Positions 38,611 to 51,628 of a stretch of DNA of 64,000 nucleotides are shown one piece after another. This stretch comes from Octopus bimaculoides (taxonomy: Eukaryota): NCBI RefSeq assembly GCF_001194135.2, contig NC_068994.1, positions 44,950,260-45,014,259 on the forward strand, read 5' to 3'. Below the pieces are notes generated by a model. It did not search any database and was not told the origin of the DNA. It was given only the letters and a program-made list of their open reading frames with translations. The translations under genes were made by a program, and so were the position numbers. The number at the start of each line of letters is the position of its first letter. The stretch's first letter is position 1.

Positions 38611-39166
38611 TTAACTCTTTAGCATTTAATCTGTCCACATCCAGCCCAAATACTGGTTTCTCTGGAAAATCAGAGGACATTGTGCTATATGCAGCCACCA
38701 TGTTGGACACAAATGATGACTCTTGAATAACTAAGTGACAGCTGTTGTTATTGTTATTGTTATTGTTGTTACATTTGCCATAACCCTTTCCCACTTGCTC
38801 GACTGAACTCGCTGAGATGCTTACTACCAGCACCAGTATTTTGTGGCTTTATTATATTCCATCTCAATCCCTGCTCTTACCATTAGTTCCTTCCTCTCAT
38901 CTCATAACATCATCCCTCTAGAATTCCCTTCCCAACCGTCCAACCCATGCCAATATGGAAAACAGACATTAAGTGATTATGATGATATTCAACCTGTTTT
39001 TTTTTTTTATATTCAAACTGACGAAATCCAGTCTCTCAGACATCCCCTTAATGTCATACTAAAAATAAACAATCTTAGAGGCACAAGGTAATACAGGATT
39101 AATTCAAACCAATGTGAATAAATAAGGATTACATTTGACAGAGTAATCTGAGTGCCAAAGGATTAA
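38611..39166. mobile_element. piggyBac-type MITE (family 2) split by a ~330-bp insertion carrying a GPAT exon/intron copy
   Basis: Left part 38611-38652 and right part 38985-39166 together match the reverse complement of the intact MITE 57010-57238. TTAA at both ends. Confidence 0.8.
38650..38834 (+). pseudogene. Intronic duplicate of the 3' half of GPAT exon 15 plus downstream intron (source 42817-43019)
   Basis: tggtttctctggaaaatcagaggacattgtgctata is identical to the exon. Similarity continues through aaatgatgactcttgaat..ctaag...actgaact.gctgagatgc.tacta into intron sequence. Confidence 0.92.
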
Positions 39167-39898
39167 GTGCTCACGACACATTTCATGTTTCCAGTTGTTA
39201 CAAGATAGCTTGGGAATAGAAATCAGACTCAGAAGGTTTTCAAAGAAAATAACTAACAATCATTTTTATTCTAGTATACTGGCATAAAATATTGAATAAA
39301 ATGGAAATTTAGAAAAAGAAGGAAATATTTTTTTTTAAATGTTTCTAATTTTTCATATTTGATATATTTTTAGAGCATACTTGATTCAACATTTTTTTTT
39401 CTGTTCATGCTGTGTACAGCAATGGGTTAAAATGACTGCTTCTGATTTGCTTAGCTTAGATATTTGTGTGTATTATTTTCAGTAGCAGACCTTACTTGGT
39501 TACCAGGCTTAACACTATTACCTAACTCTGAGGTACTTGTTAGCTAAGTCCACTCTGCAGGTATTCAGACCAGGGCTACAGATAGTTAACTCTTCTATTT
39601 CCTTCTTTTTTTTTTATCAGTCTAAAGAGGAGGGTGCTGTGCTTGTAGCTTTTAATTTGTGTGTGTGCGTGTGTCCATGTATACATATATATATATATAT
39701 ATGAATATGAGTGTCTGAGCCTACATCAAAAACAAAATATCAAACTGCCAAAGCCATACACACCATTCATATTTATAAAGTAAAAACAAGCATAGCTTAA
39801 TAATTAAAAATTATTTATTTTTTTTTTCATTTACTGTATTAATTATGTATTTTTGTTGTTATTCACTATGTTGCTGAATTTGTATTTTATTTACACAG

Positions 39899-40012
39899 GG
39901 CTTACCAAAGCAGAAAGAAAGTGTGTGGGGCACACTCAGGGCACTACTTCATGTATTCTGTGGTGATTATGGCAACATAAGGGTTGAATTCCCACAACCA
40001 TTCTCTTTAAAG
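39899..40012 (+). CDS. GPAM: GPAT1-like coding exon 12
   Basis: acacag|GGC...AAG|gtaacc; GLPKQKESVWG...DYGNIRVEFPQPFSLK matches GKPKKNESLW...NYGCVRVDFAQPFSLK. Confidence 0.97.
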
Positions 40013-40323
40013 GTAACCATTTCGTTTGATTATGAAGAAGAACAGTATCTGTCTTGTTATTGTATTGGATTACTAACTTTGTTTCCATGTGTGTTTATGC
40101 TCCACTTACTCCATTCCAAAATGTAAAATGGCAAACTGTAATTTCAGTTGTTCACGATATAAATCGTTTTGGAGGCCTACAAAATAAAGTACCAGTTTAG
40201 AACTGGTGTCAATGAAATCAACTTTCCCCTCTCCTCCAAATTGCTGGCCTTGTGCCAAAATTAGAAAGAATTGCTATTGTTTCTGTGTGAGAAATCTAAA
40301 GTTTTTTACTCTGTTTACTTCAG

Positions 40324-40519
40324 GAATTCATCGAGTCTTACAACATTGATAACAACATAGCGATGCCGAACCTGTTGCCAGCTTTAACACCTCCAGTCAA
40401 CGGAGTGTCTCCATCATCTATGTCTAGCAGTCTCTCAAGTAGCACCTCACTTTGCATGTTCAACGTGAGCAAAGAAGCCAGAGATTTAGTGCAGAGTTTG
40501 GCAGAGCATATAGTTTACA
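40324..40519 (+). CDS. GPAM: GPAT1-like coding exon 13
   Basis: cttcag|GAA...A|gtgagt; EFIESY...RDLVQSLAEHIVY matches RRLIANLAEHILF. Confidence 0.95.
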
Positions 40520-40579
40520 GTGAGTATTACACTTTATCTATCTTCAGTCTGCCTGGATCTCAGCAATACATGCGCACGT

Positions 40580-40612
<33 letters not shown>

Positions 40613-41577
40613 GAAAAAGGGAGAACACAATTATTACATTGGGATACAACATTGAGGGGAATAAGCTAGGAATGATTGACAGAAACTCACAAAATTGCTA
40701 CAGTACACTGTCCTTTGTATATGTGTGTGTGTGTGTGTGTGTTATATGTGTATGCAATTTTGATGTGCAAATGCATTCACTCACACAAATTTGAAAGATT
40801 AGCAACGTTAATTCTTTGAGAAAATTCAAAGTGAAAATGCGAAAGAGTTCACTTCTGCATATATGCTGTACAACAGGATGAAAGTCAGACAGTTTTTTAC
40901 TGTCCTTGCTGCATATAAAGATGATGCTTTCTTGTTTGTGTCTGAAAGCTTCTTAAAGTATTACACTGAATGAAAGGATGAGTGCTAAAATACATTGCAG
41001 TTTCACTCCAGAAGAGATGCAGAAATCAGCACTCAGGTACACACTGAAATAGTACAAGATGTCCTAGACTGATTGGGAATAAATGGCAAAAGTTTGCATT
41101 GGCTGGTACTCAACAGTAGTCAACGGTGTAAAAAGCATATGAGCAGACTGAATACAGGAAATAAACAAAAGAAAACTGGTCCACACTGCTAAAAGAAAAT
41201 CAGCAACAACTATCTAGCAACCTTTCTTCTATAATGTGTTTCAATTGAAGATGGTTACTTGCATGGATGTGCACATCTTTTGCAATGAATGATAAAATTT
41301 GCCCTCGTGCAAAAACAATTAGAGGGAACTTTGCTGTCAGCCGTTATGACCAGTGTATATGCGTGCTGACTACCAGATGATATTAAGAAGGCCATCATTG
41401 ACAACAATGGACTGCCAAGAAGATGTATATACCGTGTGTGTATATATACAGTTATGTATTAATGTAAAAAGCAATCCATTATTTTTTTTTATATATTCTG
41501 TAGTGATAAAGCTTTTCGTTGACAGTACTTTATTAATGCCTACTACAAGTATTTTTATGACAACACTTGTCTCATGT

Positions 41578-41628
<51 letters not shown>

Positions 41629-41817
41629 TCTATGTATGCACATACATAGTGGAAGTCGACTTGTGACCAAATAAGATCACTTCTTAAATTCTAAAAAAAC
41701 ATCTCACATTTGGTCTCCCCATTGATGAATATGTCTCATGGCTCTTAAGGCCTACAAGGGACCTACAAGTCATTCCATACCAACTACGTACATACATGCA
41801 TATGTGTCTGTGGTGTG

Positions 41818-41848
<31 letters not shown>

Positions 41849-41907
41849 ATAAAAAATGCATAAATGTGTGCATAAATAAGTTGTTTTTTTTCCTTGTCTT
41901 TCCACAG

Positions 41908-41978
41908 GTTCTGTATGTAGTACAGTACTGATGAGTACCAACATCTTGGCATTTTTGCTCTTGACAAAATACCGTCAG
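41908..41978 (+). CDS. GPAM: GPAT1-like coding exon 14
   Basis: ccacag|GT...CAG|gtaagc; SVCSTVLMSTNILAFLLLTKYRQ matches IMSTHIVACLLLYRHRQ. Confidence 0.96.
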
Positions 41979-42746
41979 GTAAGCAACTTATCACTTCTTA
42001 TAATCAAGGGAACTGCTACAAGGTTACTTCAGCTGATAGAAATAGCAGCTAAATATTCCTCAACTCAAACTTCACTGTCTTTAACAAAGAAGGACACATT
42101 AGATTTTGTAGTCTAGTTACCTATAAAAAGTCAATGCTTTTGATTTTAGATTTGCTAAATCAGAGCTAACTTTAAAGTCAATGCTAAATCAGAGGTAATT
42201 TTAAGTTAAAGATCCACTATTATTTATAATACTGTCATTGTTGACTTCTTTTGATCTTACAATTCAACGTTTTTTTTACTGTTTTGTATGTTCGCAGACA
42301 TACATTTTAATCTTGCTCTGAAAATTGTTTGAAGGTCAATCAGAACAGCGGCTTAAGAACAATACTATTGAAATTACAAGTTTTCTTAGATGTTTATTGA
42401 AGGAGAGTTGAATGTTATTTCTAGCAGGTCAACCAATCAATTAAAGGCATTCTATTGTTGCTTTGTTGCTGTGAAAGCAGCAAGCGGGCAGAATTATTAG
42501 TGCATCCGACAAAATGCTTAGTTTTATTTCTTGTAGCTCTTTATGTTCTGTGTCCAAATTCTGCTGAAGTCAGTTTTGTCTTTCTTTCTTTTGAAGTTAA
42601 TAAAATAAGGTACTAGTGAAATACCGTTGTCAATGTAATCAACTTGCCCCACTTTCCCTAAAATTGCTAGCCTTGTGCCAAAATTTTAAACCATTATTGC
42701 TTTATTGCTGTTCCTGCTACTGATTTGTCTGTGTGTCTTACTACAG

Positions 42747-42892
42747 GGTGCCACTTTGAAAGAGCTTGCAGACAGCTTCAAAGAGCTGACTGACCTTGTG
42801 AAGAGCCGGAACCGAGATATTGGTTTCTCTGGAAAATCAGAGGACATTGTGCTATACGCAGCCGCTATGCTGGGCACCAATGTCCTGAAAAG
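42747..42892 (+). CDS. GPAM: GPAT1-like coding exon 15
   Basis: ctacag|GGT...AG|gtaaat; GATLKELADSF...RDIGFSGKSEDIVLYAAAMLG matches DLGFSGNSEDVVMHA. Confidence 0.96.
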
Positions 42893-43909
42893 GTAAATGA
42901 TGACTCTTGAATGACTAAGCCGCATCTGTAGTTCTTGCTGCTGTTGTTATATTTACCATTGCTTTGACCCTTTTCTACTTAATCCACTGAACTAGCTGAG
43001 ATGCCTACTATCAGACACCCCGACAGTTCCGTGCATGACAATTCAGGGAAACGACAATTCTGTGCAAAGACAGTTCAATGCATCGTCTTTATGCATATTT
43101 GAAATTTAATTTAATTTATTTTGTTTTCAAAATTTCTGAATCATGTTCCTTGTTATTCACCACACCACACTCCAACACACTTACACCTTACTGCATGTTG
43201 GTATAGGATGGTAAAAGTTGCAATACAGCTCACTGGAAGATTTAGTTCACATCATTATCAGTAATGTGAACTAGATTTTCTGAAAATGTCACCTACAACA
43301 TACACAAACATCCTGTCTTGGTGCCAAGAGCTAAATAGTAGCTCTGAAGAGTTTCTGATGGGAGGATGGTCATGGAAAATGTGATGAATTCTTTGAGATA
43401 TATCATCATCATCATCATTGTTTAATGTCCGTTTTCCATGCTGGCTTGGGACAGACTGTATGACTGGGTCTGGTAAGCTGCACCAGGTTCCAGTTTTCTG
43501 TTTTGGCTTGGTTTCTACAGCTGGATGCCCTTCCTAATACCAACCACTTTACGGAGTCCACGAGGTGTTTTTTACATGTCACTGACATGGGTGCATTTCA
43601 TGTGTCACCAGCATGGGTGCCTTTTACGTGTCACTGGCACTGACAGTGACCACAATTCACTCAGCTTGGCATATCCTCTCAAGCACTTCAAATTGCCAGA
43701 AGTCTCAGTTACTTATCATTGCCACCACGAGGCCCAACAAGGAAAGATCGTATTTCACTGTCTTGTCCTATGTCTCCCTGGGTATACCCCTTCCACAGGT
43801 TATCACCACATTTACAATATTTTTTTTTTTAATGTCATGAACTTGTGTGTTTTCTATGATTGAAAAAAAAATTTCGTTTTCTTTTCTAAATTTTCTTGGA
43901 CACTGGCAG

Positions 43910-44028
43910 GAATTTTACCGAGATTGGAGATGTGTATTTTAAACCCGCTATCAGTCTACCTTCAGTGTTTTCCCTCAGTTACAGCAGTGCACCTGTAACA
44001 AATGTGTTTGCTATGGAGAGTGTTATTA
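43910..44028 (+). CDS. GPAM: GPAT1-like coding exon 16
   Basis: tggcag|G...A|gtaagt; NFTEIGDVYFKPAISLPSVFSLSYSSAPVTNVFAMESVI matches TVPSVFELNFYSN...VFIMEAII. Confidence 0.95.
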
Positions 44029-44668
44029 GTAAGTTTTTATTATACTACTTCATTGCTGTTTCTCATTTTCAAATGTTGTTGTGTTCATCATTTCATCCTT
44101 CCATTATTCTTATTGTCTTCAGAGGAAAGAAAAAGCAACATTGACCTCATTGAAATCTGAATTTAGAATGTAAAGGAGCATAAAGAAATATCACAATACA
44201 TTTTCTCTGCTCTTCTACTGATACTGCCAATATGTGTTTGTGTATATTGAGAGAGAGAGAGTCACAGACAGACAGAGATGGCCAGGCTTCTTGGTGGGCA
44301 TACCTCACTTTGCCTGAAGAGTTTTGTTATTGGTGAAACTAACAATCAGCTATTGATAAAAAATATGTTGTATTCTGCATATTAGCATTGAGTTCTTTAT
44401 ATATATTATCATCATCATCATTTAATGTCTGTTGTCCATGCTGGCATTGATCACAGCAGTTGTTCTTGCTTTACCCTATCATCATTCAAACATGTTGAAA
44501 TTGTTGCCCCTATTGGGGGTGAGTGTAATGTAAGCATTGTAAGTATGTTATGAATGCTGTAAATATAAGCATTTCTGCTGCAAATATAAATATGTCAATG
44601 TTTAAATTAAGTAAATGAGTGCTACATATATCTATCTATCTATCTATATATATATATANNNNNNNNNN

Positions 44669-44699
<31 letters not shown>

Positions 44700-45308
44700 T
44701 TAATCAATATTGATTTGGTATGCCTCCACCTGAACCTAGTATGTTGTAAGAAGACAAAACTAAAAGAGTTGGCGTTTAAAAGGACATCCAATAATAAAAC
44801 ATAGCCTCACACTGTCCCATTTGGTCTATGCCAGTGTGGAAAAGCAAACATAAAAAACAGTGATGATGAATCATACAATACAGATGTCTAGTATTTTACA
44901 AGGAGATTACATTTAGGTAACTTATTTTAATGTGTTTATAATGTACAGTGTATTCTAGTTCTCTATTCACAATATACCACTGATACAGCAAGAGAATATT
45001 TAGGAGTTGAGAGATTGATAAAATGGGAGACATATAAGGGCATTTTATTATGACTATGCTTAGGATTTTCTCTTTCTAATATTCCCATACATATTTTAGG
45101 GCTGCAAGCTGGCAGAATTGTTAGCCGGCAAAATGCTTAGTGGTATTTTGTCTGTTTTTATGTACTGAGTTCAAATTCCACCATGGTTGACTTTGCCTGT
45201 CATCCTTTCAGGGTCGATCAAATTGACTTTCCCCCCTTCCCTTAAACTACTAGCCTTGTACCAGAATCTGAAACCTATATTCCCATACTTTACTCTTTGT
45301 CTATGCAG

Positions 45309-45457
45309 TTGGTGCTTGTTTCTATGCCGGAAACTTCGGCCTTTCTGATGTCGGTAACTCAATGCAGAGGACGGATATGTCTGTAAAGAGAGAGGAGCTT
45401 TTTGCAGCAGCACAGGTTCTTTGTCAGCTCTTCAAGTATGAGTACATCCTGTCTCTG
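45309..45457 (+). CDS. GPAM: GPAT1-like coding exon 17
   Basis: atgcag|TT...CTG|gtaagt; GACFYAG...REELFAAAQVLCQLFKYEYILSL. Confidence 0.93.
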
Positions 45458-45885
45458 GTAAGTTCACCTTTAATTGTTTACTGGGTTAGTCGTGTGGTTG
45501 GTGTTCATAGTTTGCTTCATACAACTTCTAAATTGGTTGACAAACATATTGAGGTCTTTCTAGTCTCGTCTTTTCAATGACATGACAATCTTTCTAATGC
45601 TGAAGCCATGGTAAAATGCACCTGGTACTCTCTGTAAAGTGGTTGGTGTTAGGTAGAGCATCCGGTTGTAGGAACTATGCTGAAAGTAGAGTGTACAAGC
45701 AAGATGTAGTCCCTCAGCCTGTCTAGAAAACTAGTTACTCCTAATATGAATTAACTCAGTTCAATCTGTGTAGGAGAGTAGTTATTCCAAAATAAGAATT
45801 AATTCAGACTGATAACCCATCCAATCCATGTAGTATACAGAAAGTAAATATAAATCCATCCAATTCATGTAGTATGTATGTCGAT

Positions 45886-46259
45886 ACTCCGTCGCTTACG
45901 ACGTCGAGGGTTCCAGTTGATCCGATCAACGGAACAGCCTGCTCGTGAAATTAACGTGCAAGTGGCTGAGCACTCCACAGACACGTGTACCCTTAACGTA
46001 GTTCTCGAGGATATTCAGTGTGACACAGTGTGACAAGGCTGACCCTTTGAATTACAGGCACAACAGAAACAGGAAGTAAGAGTGAGAGAAAGTTGTGGTG
46101 AAAGAGTACAGCAGGGTTCGCCACCATCCCCTGCCGGAGCTTCGTGGAGCCTTAGGTGTTTTCGCTCAATAAACACTCACAACGCCCGGTCTGGGAATCG
46201 AAACCGCGATCCTATGACCGCGAGTCCGCTGCCCTAACCACTGGGCCATTGCACCTCCA
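45886..46259 (-). mobile_element. Full-length young SINE family B
   Basis: Near-identical to the copies at 6251 and 29130; intact A/B-box head; CpGs retained. Confidence 0.92.
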
Positions 46260-47137
46260 CTAATCCATGTAGTATACAGAAAGTAAATATAAATGATGAT
46301 GCTGCTACTGCTGTTGTTGTTTAGCCCCAGACCAGTTATACTTTGAAAAACCATTTAGAGCCTTACACACTTTCACATTTTCATGTTTGATTATCTATAT
46401 GGCCTCATTGAAACATGCGAAATGACCATTTAGTTGTTGTTCAGCCCTTGGTTTGTCTTGATCCAGCAGACTTCTGGACAAAATTCTAGCCATTTGCTTT
46501 TTTTTTTTGTTTGTTTTTTTTTATAAAGATTTGGGGTTATATTTTTCTGATTTGTCCTCATTTTCTTAGAGTGTAGAATGTGACTGCAGAAAGACTTGGA
46601 TGCTATTTCTAGCTGCTTATGTGGCCACATAGAGGCTCCTTCCATTTTGTGTTTGTTACTTGGTAGATGTGGCATGACTGACAGCTTGTGAGTCAGAGGC
46701 TCTAATGCATTGCTGACATTTATTCTATATTTGTTGCATTTCATTTTGCTTTGCCTCTGCTTAAATAGCTGTATCATTGAATCGGAGGACAATTGTAGGC
46801 TGATGGCCTATCCCAGAGTATATTTGTCTCTCACCTGCTTCTTGTTGTGAAATAAAGAGTTACACACCAGCTGTCAGACCAAACCTCTCAAGAAAACGGA
46901 CTTCTGTTTATCATTATTTGTAACCTCTTCGGAAAGAGATTTACCAGCTCATCCAGCTTTTTGCCAATTTGAGTACCAGCTGTAATGAACCCCCATAGTA
47001 GTTTTGTAGATAATTACCTTTTCATTTACCAGCTCGTGACTCAAGAATTCAATTCTTCCAAAGATACTTAATTGGTCAGTGGAATTCTTATTACTTCTAT
47101 CCTTTCCCAAAATTTTGTCTTCTGTTTTATTCTACAG

Positions 47138-47221
47138 GGCTGTATGCAGATTGATGACATTATCACTGATGCCCTGGATCTTTTGGTGATGGATGAAGTG
47201 TTACGGATACCAGCTTTAGAG
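47138..47221 (+). CDS. GPAM: GPAT1-like coding exon 18
   Basis: ctacag|GGC...GAG|gtgaga; GCMQIDDIITDALDLLVMDEVLRIPALE; phase 0/0. Confidence 0.9.
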
Positions 47222-47599
47222 GTGAGACAAGCATTTTCTTGTGTCTCAATTGTATATTGCATTTTTGTGTGTGTGTGTGTGTGTGTGTGTCTCTCAGATC
47301 TGGTTGGTTTTGAAATGTCTTTAATGCTTGTAACTTTGCTTTTTCCTATGTAAACCTATTTTTACTTCTGGAAAGAGGTGGCCCATATTACTCTGGCATC
47401 TGTCCTTTGACCTGTCCAGCATGGGAGGCCCTACCAAGTGCTCATGCTCTACTGGCATAGCTCTCAGGGTCATTAAGAAACACAAGCCACTACACTGCAG
47501 CACAGACTGGACTTTGTGGTGGAGTATGGATAAAGTGAATGTAGAAATGAAATGAAACAAATGGCGAAAGGATTAAACTCTTCTATTCTTCTACTTTAG

Positions 47600-47686
47600 G
47601 TAACCAACCGGTCTTCCAAGAAAGGTATTGATATATTCTCTCTTGGAGATGAAGACGATTTCCTACAAACCAATAACACCCTAATG
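47600..47686 (+). CDS. GPAM: GPAT1-like coding exon 19
   Basis: ctttag|GTA...ATG|gtacgt; VTNRSSKKGIDIFSLGDEDDFLQTNNTLM corresponds to the acidic DEEDEDSDF patch. Confidence 0.85.
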
Positions 47687-48165
47687 GTACGTATCTAACT
47701 TGTGTGTAAGTTGTGCTTACACATACACCGATACCACTCTGTACATGCTTAATCCATATTTTACTTTGTGTGTATGTGTGTGCATATACAATAATACATG
47801 GAGGGTATGTATCTACCTCTGTGTGTAATTGTGCTCACTCATACACCAATATCACTCTGTATAAGCTTAATACATTTTTTTCTTTGTGTGTATGTACACA
47901 TATACCAATAACACCCATGTGGTATATTCTCATGTTTATTTCCTCTATCTTTTACCAATTCTATTTTCTTTTCTTTTTCAACACATTATTGTCTTATTTA
48001 TTGTGTGTGTGCCTGTAACCATCTCTTGGTCAAGAAGACAACATCCCCCCCCTCTACATCTGCAAATGTTCCCTCATTGAAGATGTCGATACTTATCCAT
48101 CACCACCACCCCCACCACTATTTCCTATATCTATCTATCTATCTATCTGTCTGTTTGTCCTGCAG

Positions 48166-48292
48166 GTGAACACTTCCCAGGATGAATGTATAGAAAAATT
48201 AAAGTTTTACCAGCAAGTACTAATGCCCGTATGCGAAGCCTATCTGGTCACAGCAAATCATGTTAAAACACTCATGGATTCTGATATGGAAG
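48166..48292 (+). CDS. GPAM: GPAT1-like coding exon 20
   Basis: ctgcag|GTG...G|gtatgt; VNTSQDECIEKLKFYQQVLMPVCEAY matches FLQRLLGPLLEAY. Confidence 0.93.
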
Positions 48293-48627
48293 GTATGTTA
48301 TATTTTGCCTTTTTATTTTCTGTACATTATATACAAACATTGTAGACCACATCCAAAGTAAGTTCACCTGACTAACTGGTATCATGTTGTTCACCAACAC
48401 ACTCCAACTTTTGATTCACTGTTGTGCTGTCTCCTGTTACTCCTTGTTCTATTGCTTCTACAGTGACTTCTATTCCTTAGTGTTAGGTGTTCTTTTATCA
48501 CTCTCATTCAAGCACTCCAGGCTTACTCATCTTTTTCTCTCTCTTTCCTGTGCCCAATCCAAGCACCTTTACTTACCCTTAAAGTTGGTCCCTAATCCTA
48601 GAACATATATAAAATATATTATACATA

Positions 48628-49389
48628 GGATGAATTTGATCAGATGAAATGCTTAAATTGTCTTGACTATTAATTTTGCCATGAAGGGAAACCATTGGGC
48701 CGGCAGATTTCCAAGATATAGCCCCCAGATCATCACAGATCCTCCTCCATGTTTAACAGATGCAAGAAAGCAGTCTGGATCAAATGCTTCTTTTGGCTGT
48801 CTCCACACGTATACTCGTCTGAGAAAATAACATTCTTCCACTGCTCTAGGAACCAATTCTGTAGGTTTTTACTCCACTCTAAATGCTTTTTAATGTTTGT
48901 TTTTGAAAGCAGTGGCTTTCTGATTGCAGCCCTCCTTTGAAATCCGGCTTTGTGCAGCTCCTGGCGAACAGATTCTGTGGAAACTGGGTTCTCGAGGTGG
49001 TCATTAAGCTCAGTTTTGGTTTTCTTCTGGAGTTTTGCTTCGACAAGGAGGTTTTTCCCTCTTTCTCAAAGGCTGTCATTACTTTTGAGACAGTACTTCT
49101 TGATACACCAAACATTTCGGCTGTTTTCATTACGCTAGCACCTGCCATACGAGCACCAACAATTTGACCTCTTTAAAAGTCCGATAGATCTGTCATCGTA
49201 ATGAATTTTAATTACCTTTTTCTGATGATATCTGAAAAGAAACAGCAATTTTAGCAAAACATATTAAGCAACACTAATAATAAATAAAAAAAAAACATGA
49301 AAAATAAACAAGCTTTTGACGGTTTTATAGATATTTCAAAATAATGATGCTATGATGCTTGGTGTTTCCATTATTTTATCCCACCCCTG
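48628..49389 (-). mobile_element. Truncated, internally deleted Tc1 copy (same family as 61184-62438)
   Basis: TIR ggtgtttccattattttatcccacccctg + TA at 49361-49391; MAGASVMKTAEMFGVSRSTVSKV...; about 78 bp deleted relative to the longer copy. Confidence 0.9.
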
Positions 49390-49571
49390 TATGTTTTGCC
49401 CATCTAGCAACAAGGGTGACATAATTTACAACAATGCAAGGAAACACATTGTAACCAGTGGTGTACAACATTCAATAACACAGTGAGGTTTATGTATAGG
49501 TATATTTAAATTCAATGCAAAATTGCAACCATCTCCAATACTAATGTTTGTTGTTGCTGTTGTTGTTTCAG

Positions 49572-49640
49572 AAGAGAAGTTTATGACCAGTCTCCACAAT
49601 AACACCAAAGAGAGAGCACAACGTAATCTCACAAAATGTA
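49572..49640 (+). CDS. GPAM: GPAT1-like coding exon 21 (last exon found; the gene continues)
   Basis: tttcag|AA...A|gtaagt; EKFMTSLHNNTKERAQRNLTKC matches EYLQKLHKYLITRTERNV. Ends in phase 1 with no stop. Confidence 0.88.
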
Positions 49641-51591
49641 GTAAGTACATTCTCTGCAAATTACCAAACAAAATCACATAATTGTGTATGTCTTCATAAT
49701 ATATGTTGCTTTCATCTGGCTGTCAAAAATCTGCCTTGATAAACTCTACCCTACCTATGCAAGTATAGAAAAGTGAGTGTTAAAATAATATACACACATG
49801 TATATATGTGTGTATGTCTACGTGCATCTATATGTACATACAAGCTAAAATTCTAGAGAGTGTTACATATTTTTACCGTTCCATTGATGGTTTGTACTTT
49901 TAGTTACTTACTTAGTTATATCCTGTCTAGTGCTGTGAAGCCCAGCTTATCAAGATTTGCTGAGTTTAAGTTAGTTTACATACTGAAGGACTCACAGATG
50001 TAAATTTAAAGTTACAGTTTAGCTTTAGTATATACAAATTCTTCATTACTTGGCCATTGATATTTTCTTATATTTTTAACATCATGTCTGCATGGCAACT
50101 GATTTCTGTTATTGTGTACCCATGCAGCAACACATATAAGTGTCAGTGCAGCATCACATAAAAGCACCCATGTGGCATCGGATAAAGCGCCCATGTGGTG
50201 TCAGCTGTAGAAACGATGCCAAATCAGGTTGAAGTCTGGTGCAGCCCTCCAGCTTGCCAGCACTGGTCGCACCATCCAACCCATGCCAGCATGGACAACA
50301 GACATTAAAGGATGATGATGATGATGATGATGTATAGTCTGTCTCTCTTTTGTGTCTCAGATCATTGTCTGGTCTGTTTGTGCCTACGTTTCAGAGGGTG
50401 TTTTACAATGGATATATAAGCTCATTTTCCATCTCTGTGTGCAGTACCTCGAGCAAGTATCTTCTACTATACCCCTGGATTGACCAATGCCTTGTGAGTG
50501 AATTTGGTAGATAGGGACTGTATGGAAGCCAGTCGTGTGTGTGTGTGTGTCCCTGTAACTTAGAAATTTGGTAAAAGTGACTGATGGGGTCAATTTCTTT
50601 GACTAAACCCTTCAAGGTGGTGCCTCAACATGACTGGCGTCCTGTGATTGAAACAAGTAAATCATCATCATCATCATCATCGTCGTTTAACGTCCGCTTT
50701 CCATGCTAGCATGGGTTGGACGATTTGACTGAGGACTGGTGAAACCAGATGGCTACACCAGGCTCCAATCTGATTTGGCAGAGTTTCTACAGCTGGATGC
50801 CCTTCCTAATGCCAACCACTCAGAGAGTGTAAATGATAAAAAATTTATATTTTTATGTATACTGTTGCTTTTTATATTACTGTTAATAATAGATGTATTT
50901 TGATGTAGCCATTATTCTTATATTGTTGTTATCNNNNNNNNNNNNNNNNNNNNNNNNNNNNNNNNNNNNNNNNNNNNNNNNNNNNNNNNNNNNNNNNNNN
51001 NNNNNNNNNNNNNNNNNNNNNNNNNNNNNNNNNNNNNNNNNNNNNNNNNNNNNNNNNNNNNNNNNNNNNNNNNNNNNNNNNNNNNNNNNNNNNNNNNNNN
51101 NNNNNNNNNNNNNNNNNNNNNNNNNNNNNNNNNNNNNNNNNNNNNNNNNNNNNNNNNNNNNNNNNNNNNNNNNNNNNNNNNNNNNNNNNNNNNNNNNNNN
51201 NNNNNNNNNNNNNNNNNNNNNNNNNNNNNNNNNNNNNNNNNNNNNNNNNNNNNNNNNNNNNNNNNNNNNNNNNNNNNNNNNNNNNNNNNNNNNNNNNNNN
51301 NNNNNNNNNNNNNNNNNNNNNNNNNNNNNNNNNNNNNNNNNNNNNNNNNNNNNNNNNNNNNNNNNNNNNNNNNNNNNNNNNNNNNNNNNNNNNNNNNNNN
51401 NNNNNNNNNNNNNNNNNNNNNNNNNNNNNNNNNNNNNNNNNNNNNNNNNNNNNNNNNNNNNNNNNNNNNNNNNNNNNNNNNNNNNNNNNNNNNNNNNNNN
51501 NNNNNNNNNNNNNNNNNNNNNNNNNNNNNNNNNNNNNNNNNNNNNNNNNNNNNNNNNNNNNNNNNNNNNNNNNNNNNNNNNNNNNNNNNNN

Positions 51592-51628
<37 letters not shown>

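Noticed and set aside
40780-41360. Possible very old LINE RT remnant (AAYKDD, LHGC)
   Set aside because: Only two weak motifs among many stops; too little support to call.
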